A stretch of DNA of 58,961 bases, the filler included, from Dimargaris cristalligena (Eukaryota): NCBI GenBank assembly GCA_003614675.1. It is 6 parts of 6 records of this genome, joined end to end, with 100 filler letters (N's around TTAATTAATTAA, not from the genome) between each part and the next. Parts side by side here need not be neighbours in the genome. Positions count along the whole stretch, not along the records: positions 49,234 to 58,961 come from ML003240.1; 5 more parts are not named here. The stretch is one strand, 5' to 3'. Both the position numbers and the translations under genes were made by a program. The notes beneath the pieces were generated by a model, which did not search any database, was not told the DNA's origin, and saw nothing but the letters and a program-made list of their open reading frames with translations. Positions 49,234-58,961 of the stretch are shown piece by piece (the first letter of the stretch is position 1; each line of letters starts with the position of its first letter).

Positions 49234-50963
49234 GAGACTGAGTCTAGAATGCAAGTTATAAAAAAGAAGGGAAATGGAAAAGAAAAGAATCTGGATAAGA
49301 GGCGGAGTTGGTAGGTGCAAAAGCCTAAAGGAATGGGAAGAACCGAGAAGGTTTGGGCAGAATCAAAGCACCTGGACAGCCACTTGGGCGAACTGCCGTC
49401 AGTCGTAATATAGTGTAGTATAGTCAAACAAAAACCAGCCGGGAGAAATGGCGACAAAAGAAGAGACAGAGTGAGAGAAAGAGAAAGACAGAGAAGAGCC
49501 ACCATAAATGAAAGGAGATGCCATCAACCCTATATTGCAATCAAGCCATGTCGCGCATATATACGGGGATCATCATTATTGGCATTCATTGTAAGCATAA
49601 AGACATGCAGCAGCGAGCCAACCGCCGCCATTCAATCAATACCCTCATTTGCTTTCTTTCCCGGCCCCCCTTCCCTTGGAATGTGTGTGTGTGTATGTTG
49701 TGTACGCGTAAATAAATAGAGCTCGGCTTGAACACACCTACCTACCTACTCAAGGGGCAGCTAGCTCTACACACCACAGCCGCTTCGGGTCGCTACAATG
49801 CCCCCGGGATTCCAAGGGGAGAGCCCCCCCCAGATGCATTCGAAGCCACACTTAGGGCAGTGGGTGGTGGTCTATACCCTGTAATACATATAACCAATTC
49901 CTCTTCCTGAAGCTGTAGTACGTTTAACCCGTCAACCTGGCCGGCTCTTTCCCGAACCCGGCCCCTCCTTATCTGGAACAGTATAACCGACCGTTCCAAG
50001 TCGCATCTCAAGCGTGTACCACGACGGTCTTCACTATTGAATTATTAGGTCAAAATTACCATGATTGTCACCTCCCCCATTACATATTAATGTACGTTGC
50101 ACACCTTATCTCCCTGTTGACCAGGGTCCCTAATGTATTAAAGGTACAATGGGCCGATAATGATTCGCATATCCCATCAACACATCGGTACAACGGATGG
50201 ACAGTCCCCCAAATATCAATGTGAAAGACTGGATGTTAGATGACTTGGGGTGCTACTACTATTAGCTTAATTAATATGGTAAGCGCGAGGGGATGGCGAG
50301 AATATTGCAACCATACGGCTTGGGATTAGACCGTCTGGTTTATTTTAGTAGCGCCCATACTCCATCAAAAATATAGCCAGAAAGGGAAAATTTTATTTTT
50401 ATTTGGCGGTCGCTAGCTTCAGGTGACACAAATGAAAAACCATGGCCCCAAATATATCCCCTCCCCCCACCATAGCCATTCTACGGTATATAAAGATATA
50501 TATATATATATGGTAAACCAACAACTACACCGCCCTTAAAAGCTTAGACCACACCATAGCCAGTACCAACTTCAATCTCTTATTAGATTAAAGCAGCGGT
50601 TAAACCTGACGTTACTGAGGGGCTGGTATCATGGTTAGTAGCTATAAAAACGCAGCGTATCATATCAGTCGCGCAAATACAACTTTGCAGTATCTCCATC
50701 CGAAGAATCCCTATAAAACGCTCGTCATTCAGGAAAATGTACTTTTAATTAACAAATTAATCGAGTGGCAACGACCCAGCTATAGGCACGGATTAGCGAA
50801 GTGGCCTACTCCTTTCGTTGATCGATATATGAATATAGAATATATTTAAGGGCGGGTTTGCGCTTGGAATAACATTACACGTAAATACATTGTCCATTGA
50901 GAAAAAATAAACGCCTGGCCCCTTCACTCGGGTTAATCCAGACGCAACAGTACACATGCACTT

Positions 50964-50985
50964 ACACACACACACACACACACAC
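50964..50985. repeat. (AC)n microsatellite just 3' of the ACS stop codon
   Basis: About 11 AC units. Confidence 0.85.
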
Positions 50986-51007
50986 GGATTGAAATCAGAT
51001 GTATTAA

Positions 51008-53395
51008 TTAGATGCCCAATTTCTCATTGACCATCTTGACGAGGGTTTGAACCACCGCGGGCTCGGATACCGTACTCAGATCACCTAGAGAATCCGCTTC
51101 GCCGGCCACGACTTTGCGCAGAATACGACGAATAATCTTGCCACTACGGGTCTTGGGCAGATCATCCACAATCATAATCGCTTTGGGGCTGGCGAAGGGT
51201 CCGATGATCTTACGCACCTGGAGGACCAGGTCGCGGGTGAGTTGAATGGTGTCATCCACTTTAGCTTGGGGCTTCAGAGTCACAAACGCGCAGATACTTT
51301 GTCCAGTCACATCATCGTGGGCACCCACCACTGCTGCCTCGGCCACAGCGGGGTATAGGACCAGGGCGGACTCGATTTCCGAAGTGCTGAGTCGATGGCC
51401 GGAGACGTTAATCACGTCATCCACGCGGCCACGGATCCAAATGTAGCCATCGGCATCGCGAGTGGCCCCATCACCACTGAAGTAGTAGCCGCGGTAGGGG
51501 TGCATGTAAGTAGTCAGGTAGCGCGGGTGGTCCCCAGCGATGGTTCGGGCCATGGCTGGCCAGGGGCGCTTCAAGGCCAGTACGCCCGTCACATCGGGGC
51601 CTTCCAGCTCCTGACCAGTGTGGGCGTCCAGAATGGCCACCTCAATACCAAAGAAGGGGAAGGTAGCCGAGCCGGGTTTGGTGCGGGTGCAGCCGGGGAG
51701 CGGCGTAATAACGTTGGCCCCAGTTTCCGTCTGCCAGTAGGTGTCCACCACCGCACAGCGGCCATGACCAACCACTTCATTATACCAGTTCCAGGCCTCG
51801 GGGTTAATAGGCTCCCCTACGGAACCAATCACACGCAGGGAAGACAGGTCGCACTGATTGACCCAATCATCCCCCAACCGGCGCAAGGCCCGGATGGCAG
51901 TGGGCGCGGTGTAGAACTGGGTGATTTTGTGATCCTCGACCATCTTCCAGTAGCGGCTGGCATCGGGGTAGGTGGGCACACTCTCGAAAAAGACAGTCGT
52001 AATACCCAAGGAAAGGGGGCCGTACACCAGATAAGAATGCCCCGTGATCCAACCGACATCGGCCGTGCAGCCGAAAATATCGCCATCATGGGCATCGAAC
52101 ACGTATTTGACGGTGGCGGCCACGCCCAGGAGGTACCCACCAGTGGAGTGGACCACGCCCTTGGGTTTACCGGTACTGCCCGAGGTATAGAGCAGGAACA
52201 GGGGATCTTCGGCATTGACCGGGACGGGTGCGCAGTACGGGCGCTGGCGGCTCACCACTTCGTGCCACCACACATCGCGGGTAGGGTTGAAAGGGATACC
52301 GGTGGCCCCTGTGTGGGCGAAGGTAAGCACCCGTTTAACATTAGGGCACTTTTTCAGGGCATCATCAACGATACGCTTGGTGGGAATGACTCGGCCACCG
52401 CGACGGCCCTCATCGGCAGTGATCACCACCGCACTGTTGGCATCCAGGATACGCTCGGCCAGCGAATCGGCGGAGAAGCCGGCGAATACCACCGAGTGAA
52501 TACAGCCAATACGGGCGCAGGCCAGCATGGCGATGGCGGCCTGGGGAATCATGGGCATGTAGATGGCCACGGTATTACCCTTGCGCAGACCAAAAGAAAT
52601 CAATAAATTGGCCACCCGGCACACTTCGAGCAGCAACTCCTTGTAGGTATAGGAGCGGGCCTGGCCGGGTTCGTCGGCCTCATGGATAATGGCGATCCGG
52701 TCGGGATGACGCTGGGCGTGGCGATCCAAGCAGTTCACGGAGGCGTTCAATTCACCGTCAGCGAACCAGCTTACATCGCCGTCTTCGAAGGTACCGTTGG
52801 TGATTTGGGTAAAGGGCCGGCTCCAGTGCAATAGGTCCCTAGCCATGTTACCCCAGAAAGTATCGGGATCGTTGAGGCTCTGGTCGTACATGGTGCGGTA
52901 TTGTTCCATGGAAGTGATATGAGGAGTGGGGCACTGGGCGGGGTCCAGGAGGCGGGCGGGGACGGAATGGATCGGCTTGGGGTCGACCTCGCCCTCGGGC
53001 CGGGCGTGGGCGAACTGGTCCACGACCTGTTCGGTGAAAACTTGCTTCTCAATGGGGGTCTGGCCGGGGGTGACCGGAAGGGCAGCTTGTTCATGGGCCA
53101 ACATGGTATTAGGGGGGGGTAGTGGTGGACGGGGTGTGTGCTCGGCGGCTTTGCGCTTGGTGGCTGGACAAGAGAGGGAGGGGAGGGGAGTGCGTAAAAT
53201 TGAAGGGCAGTTGGCGGGCGGGAGGGTGGTAATACAGGTGTGGGTGAGAATTTATCAAGAGAATTAAATAAATAGAGCGGTTGGGTTGGGTGTATAGATA
53301 CAGCAGGGCGTATGGGATAAGTAATTAAATAGGGTTGGAGGAAGTGGTCAGTACTTACGAATAACAGAAGGCGAGGTCAGACTATTTATATCCAT
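51008..53395 (-). CDS. ACS: Acetyl-CoA synthetase (AMP-forming), 2 exons; ~730 aa, or 698 aa from the internal ATG at 53104
   Basis: AMP-binding motif [12 protein letters not shown]; also [63 protein letters not shown]. Upstream exon complement(53359-53395) splices in frame (GTAAGT...CAG) to complement(51008-53163). Confidence 0.95.
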
Positions 53396-56300
53396 GGCGC
53401 GATAAGAGCCAGGCTCGAAGGGAATGCCTACTGGAGGATGAATGCGGACAAGGCAAATGGGAGGGGTATAGAGCGCGTGAGCGGAGAAGGGACCAACTAA
53501 TAATAGAGAGACTTAATAGACAAGTAAGCACTGGGAAAATAGATAGACCGAAGGAGAAGCGGCGAATAGACGAGCGGGGTAGTGCAATATACGAGGGAGA
53601 AAGGAGAGACTACGAAATTGGTAATAGCCGGGAAGAAAGGAGAGAGAGAGAGAGAAGAAAGGGGAAAGACATCGCATCACACTCACCCCAGTTGAATAAA
53701 TAGATAACCCAGCCGTGCTGCATATAAGAAGAACGTGCACGAATAGGCGCATCCCCCCAATACTATCTCTAGCCAGTCTCCGTGGTTCCACCTGAGCAAC
53801 TGGCCTCTCTCTCTCTCTTTCTCCTTGCCTGCAAATCACTGTGAACCCCCTCCTCCTCCTTAGATAAATGGGAAGATGCGATGCACAATACAATACGCTG
53901 AGACTGAAGAAGATTATAATAGCGTATAGCTACTGACACACGCACGCCACTCTTTCCTTACGGATAAAGCAATGGGCAATAAATATATAGACCCAGCCTG
54001 GTCAACTACATGTTACCATTACCGCATCCGGCTGATCATACGGGCCATTGGCGAAGAGACTAGCGCATTGGTGGATATATGCATGCATGAGCGAGCCGTC
54101 CTACCCACGGCCTAGATAAGCATGCTTCGAACATGTCATACCGCCTTGTTAGTAGCGTTTCCTTTGTCCCAACCTCAACCTGTTCCTCCCTTGTTGTCTA
54201 TACCTACCGGACCGTTTCAGTATTAAAATCCAATACCTGGCGCACTCATTCCAAGCCATTGTCCCTGGGTCTGTACAACGCGACTCCTGGGGTTTCATTT
54301 CTAAGTTTAGAGTCATCGGTCACCCCGCGAATACACCGTATCTGATGCTGTTGAGGCAATCCATTATCATTCCCGCCCATCGGAAGCGAGTGAATGCTAC
54401 TGAACCAGAAGCAGTACGGCCCGTGGGACACGCCAGCAAGCTGACTAGACAGCATGTACCCATATCGTTACTGCGATCCGGCTGAGGCACCTTCTGTTAC
54501 GTAGTGTGGGGTGTGAATTGTAAAAGTGCTCGGACCTAGTACGCATCTCCAATTGAGGTCCGTCGGTAGGAACTGTACGGTAAATGCTGACTAGGCCTTA
54601 GTGATTCATTGGCTCACTCAATACTGTACCCCCCCCCTCCGGTGCAGTGTACAGTGGGAGAGGGAACTTGGTCAGATAACTAACTAATCAACTAATTGAC
54701 CAGCTGGGTACCACGACGAAATGACGCTGCACCAACTATCATTCGAGAGCTTCTTCGCTAATCGACTATCTATCGAAAGTGTCCATCAGCAATAAGTATA
54801 ACTTCACTCCTGGCCAGCCAACTAGTCGCTAATGAGCACAGCTTTTCAGCCGAGAATCGGTAGGTAGAATGGCCCAGGGGAAAGCCATGTATGACACTAA
54901 CTTGCACCAAACATAAAGAAGTGGTGATTCTGCGGAGGTGTAGGCTAGTACACTAGATGCGTAATGCTGACCTCAGCAAAACTAGTTAGTTATAGGACCG
55001 GATCCATCCCCTTCATTTGTTGACCAATGCGCCCAATAATGAGTCCTACGCGTGCTACACAACACATGTCCCGGTCTTCAGTCTTAATATTAACCGAACC
55101 TAAAGGGGTGAAGATATACATTTACCACGATGGTACGATACGCGACTACCAATCAGTTAGGTCCCTGCTCCCCTCTTCCCTTGGACCTGCACCGCTAATA
55201 TCCTCCAAATGACTCAGAATAAGCCGGGGGTCCAAATGCCCTAGCATAGAAAGCGGGCAAATAATCCGCGTGATGACAGTAATATGGATATGTAAGCCAA
55301 TTAAAAGCGATCTAGGCCAGGTATGAGCCTTCTTTATCAACCATCCTTGCTCAATAGGTGGGGATGGATGGTGGTTTGGCTTACAAACCCCACCCGCCCC
55401 TTCAAACTCATCCCGCCAGTCTGTCCCGTTGAACTGTCCAGGATCTTCCTCCTTTGGAACTGAGACGTACAATTGTCCTCTTTAATCTGGACTCTATCTC
55501 CCCTGACAATCCCAATTAATTCCCATTGAACCTTTTGTACTAGGCTAATCCTATCACGCGCACTTCAAAAAGCCTTTTCTCGGCCTGTCCACTATAAAAT
55601 AGATAAGAGAGAGCAGGTAAATATATCCCATACACAGTCCACTTCCTTATGCGATTTCCGGAGATACTTCTTTTTTTGATAGTCACGTTCACTTAAAAAA
55701 CCGGCCTCACTATAATGTTTCCAAGGTCCCAATGGAATACATAATTGATTTGCTAATCTATGGTGCAATGTACGCCCCCTCAATCTAACCCAACCTTGCC
55801 CCTTCCTTAAAGGACCAGAGATTAGTGGCTATTCCTGGCTTTATGAAGGCCCCAAAGTCGCCATACTAATCACTCCCAATGTTGTTTAATCAATGCAGGG
55901 TTTAGCCATATACCCCCGCACACACGCTCGAAATATCCGTCCCCATATCACCGGCCGGGAAATCAATTACTGAAGAGATCAATGTGACTTGAGTATTGCT
56001 ATCCAACTAGGTATATTGCAAGCGAGTTGAAAAACTTTGCCTCCAAGTATAACACAGTCTCATATAATACCCTAAATACTAAACCCACCCCTACTGGGAA
56101 TGGCCAATGGGGAACAAGGCGGACCCTGGATCTGTGGGACGAGCCGTTTCATAGATTACCACGAACCTGAAGTCTAGTTGGTGGTAGAAGGCTGCCCCAT
56201 GACCTTCGATGGACCGACCCAAAGGCCACGGGTAGGCGGGGGACTTATTGAATGCCTACTATATCAACCCTGGTCATTTATAGAAATCGATAATATACTT

Positions 56301-56858
56301 AGACCAATTGGCGCTGTGATTAGATGTGAGGGGATGGGGTATTGATACATATATGGCATTTTAGGTAGTGAGGGGACGTTGGTCAAAAGTGGGGCTTGGG
56401 GGAACATGATTACGAATGATGTTAGGGTTTCCTACCACCGTAGATATTAGAAATAAAGGGGGAATGCCGATAAGGTGCTAAATGGTACAACTGACGGACA
56501 CTAAAAAGGGAATCTCAAGAAATTAGTGTTATAATCGGTCGCTTTATTAATCGATCGGTGGTTCCATCGGTATTTATATTATAAAGTGAGGAGCAAGAAT
56601 TGTTGCTAAGTTGCCATATTGATAATGATGGCTAGAGAGTTGGTGTGGGTTATTTGAGGGTGATCCATTATCGTTTAATGAGTCATTGGAATTGTAATGC
56701 AGCGGAAGTGCCGTCTTGTATAAGCTTAGGCAGATGTGGGCAGATATTCGAATTATGTATATTCGGGGTTTGGTATAGATGATAAAGCCCACCATGTATG
56801 ATAACGACCTTAACGTTGGGCATAAAGGGGTCAATACGGCTTAGGCATTCCGGATTTT

Positions 56859-57419
56859 TTACTCTGAAGCTGGGTTGTTGGGAACTGTCATTGTGTCAGG
56901 TCCATTAGCACAGCTACCCCCACAAGTAAATATGCATGCAATGGCTTGAGTGGGTCCGGCTATGAATAGATTGAAAAGGCCAATGGGAATGGTGCAAAGA
57001 AGGCCACCTAGACATTCCGAACATTCGCCAGGCCCAAATTCATCGTCGACATATTTCACAAGGTTGACACAGGGAATGGGGCACTCGCCAGGGCTATTGG
57101 CTATGGTCGAAATCAGTCGGGCCTCCGGATTACTCGCCACGTAGCCAGCTAGTTCACCTCGATGGCGGGCGCATTCCACTTCGCCTTGACAAGCCTGGCC
57201 GTTGTAACCCTTTTCCTGAACAAATTTTTCTACAATTTCGCGGGCCTGGGTTGGCTCAAAGCGGCACAGGATGCTGTTAAAGTCTACTATCGCCAATTTC
57301 ATCTCAAGGGGGACCGCGGGGGAACATTGGAATGAGTCGGTATTCGGAACGATAGGGAGGCTTCCGGCGAGGGCGGATGGCATGGCGAAAGCCAGGGTAC
57401 TAATGGTGAACAGCTTCAT
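56859..57419 (-). CDS. Small secreted cysteine-rich protein, unknown function (186 aa, 12 Cys)
   Basis: ACCATG start, signal peptide MKLFTISTLAFAMPSALA, 12 cysteines, TATATAAA ~140 bp upstream. Confidence 0.75.
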   Translation of the reverse strand: MKLFTISTLAFAMPSALAGSLPIVPNTDSFQCSPAVPLEMKLAIVDFNSILCRFEPTQAREIVEKFVQEKGYNGQACQGEVECARHRGELAGYVASNPEARLISTIANSPGECPIPCVNLVKYVDDEFGPGECSECLGGLLCTIPIGLFNLFIAGPTQAIACIFTCGGSCANGPDTMTVPNNPASE

Positions 57420-57558
57420 GGTGGTCGGTGGGTATTGGGAGAGGTGACTGAATGTAATTCCTATAAAGGGAGAGGATTGGTAGTCGTCGATGGGATTATT
57501 AAATCCGGTGGGTTGAGAAGGGATTGATTTGACTGTTGAGAAGCCCCTAACCCCATTA

Positions 57559-57566
57559 TTTATATA
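57559..57566 (-). promoter_or_regulatory. Putative TATA box (TATATAAA) of the Cys-rich secreted protein gene
   Basis: Canonical TATA at a plausible distance from ATG 57419. Confidence 0.5.
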
Positions 57567-58961
57567 CCACGGTTGCAAGAAAATAAGATATGTTGTTTTG
57601 GGGGTGGTTCTGTGGCCGAGTATTGCCGTGGCCTTAATCTTGGTACTGGAGTCTGTTGGTGAGGTTGGCAGGGTTCTACTTTAGGCATTGGCGAAGGGAG
57701 TACCGAGTGTCGAATAGTAAAACCCTTTCGTATTCAAGCACCAACTTTAGGTCGTTTCGGCAATTCATGCTGGATACTTTTGGTTGACAAAGGCTTGTAG
57801 CAAACTCTCATGCCACTCTAGTTACAGTAACTAATAGCAGCATATTTGAATTGTGAAATCCCGATGTAACCATTGCGGGTGGCCAAGGTAAAGGCCGCTA
57901 CTTCCAATTACATAAACTGTGCAACTCCATTCCCTTTTTTTGAAGCTCTAAATGGATCCTACCGCGTGGTCCCGAAATCCCCCTTATTAATTTGTTACGA
58001 ATTAGCAACTATTTATACCTTGCTCAGACAATATCAGTCCTAAACCCACTGGACTACGGGTCGCACTACCAAGACCTTGCACACGTACCAGGCGCATTGG
58101 TCAGACAAACATGCATTTCAGGAGGAATAGATAATTCTTCTAGACAAAAGCACATGGAACACCTAGTCTTTTGCTAAGAACTATCTCCCCCTACGGTGGT
58201 TTGGGCAGGGCAATTATTCTACAGGTACCACTGACAGTATAGTTATAACCCTTCAAGAAAGTATAATGTTTCTGGGGACATTTTGATTATATAGGGTAAG
58301 CAATTGATGCTTTAGCCAAGCAGGCCGGGTAGGGTCAGAAATCATTGTGTGGAATAACTAAAGATACCGAGAGGGGCAGGTATTTTAAATAATAATTAGA
58401 TCGAGCTCTATAAAGTAATAATGCAACTGATATTTTATTCAAAAACACAGGTCCATAGTTGGCCGCTTGGCGCGGTATGTTTTTTTCCTATGAGGTGAGG
58501 TGTTGTTCCTGTGTGATTAGGGTAAGGCCATCCTCTACTAGTGGGGCGGCTGAATGGACCACAACATAGTTCAGCGGGTCTCCCTCACTCTTGTGAGGTG
58601 TACTGTGGAGGGTAATGGCCCCTCTAGTTTATGAGTAATGGTGGTCTCTGTCGAAAAATGTCTCAATGGGTCTACCATTATCTCCTGTTTCTGACCAATA
58701 ATGTTAGCTTATTTAGGTATCCTGCGGCCTTTCATTTTAACCGCTTAAAATGCCCCTTGCCGATGTCGCCCGAGTTGACCACTCTTAGTCCGTCAAGAGT
58801 CTCAGGGATAGGCTTCTAACAGTAGGCGGGGCGTTGGACACGGCCAAGCGGGCTGCTAGTGTTAGGGGCGGTGACAAGACTAACCGAATAAAGCAAGCGT
58901 AGGACATAGGCGAGGTCCGTGCACTAAATGCACACTTACTGGTCAGTACTAGGGGGTGAGC

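Noticed and set aside
51395-52606. 403-aa plus-strand ORF
   Set aside because: Antisense shadow of the GC3-rich ACS gene; no recognisable motifs.
57420-57578. 53-aa N-terminal extension of the Cys-rich ORF in the ORF track
   Set aside because: Starts at a non-ATG codon and spans the TATA box; the signal peptide begins at ATG 57419.

Overview
Eukaryotic (fungal) DNA with GT-AG spliceosomal introns. It is not one locus: six contigs of about 9.7 kb (1-9758, 9859-19612, 19713-29463, 29564-39304, 39405-49133, 49234-58961) are joined in decreasing length order by artificial 100-nt N44-TTAATTAATTAA-N44 linkers. Integrator INTS4 and Gemin3/DDX20 suggest an early-diverging, non-Dikarya fungus; a zoopagomycotan mycoparasite is plausible but only inferred. 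Genes: a PPR protein, DDX20-like helicase, NEMF/Rqc2, a three-exon Tom20-MYND/SET (SMYD-like) fusion, Elp2 (3' end inverted), two secreted RlpA/DPBB expansin-like paralogs flanking INTS4, a DUF4604/KIAA1143-like protein, tRNA-Arg(ACG), an LDB/Mfg1/SEUSS-type LIM-binding regulator split by a C9 frameshift, an orphan pseudogene, acetyl-CoA synthetase with a hidden first exon, and a 12-Cys secreted protein. The strongest lead is the mitochondrial import receptor Tom20 fused to a lysine-methyltransferase module. Exon structures were derived by hand; family calls rest on motif recognition, not database searches.
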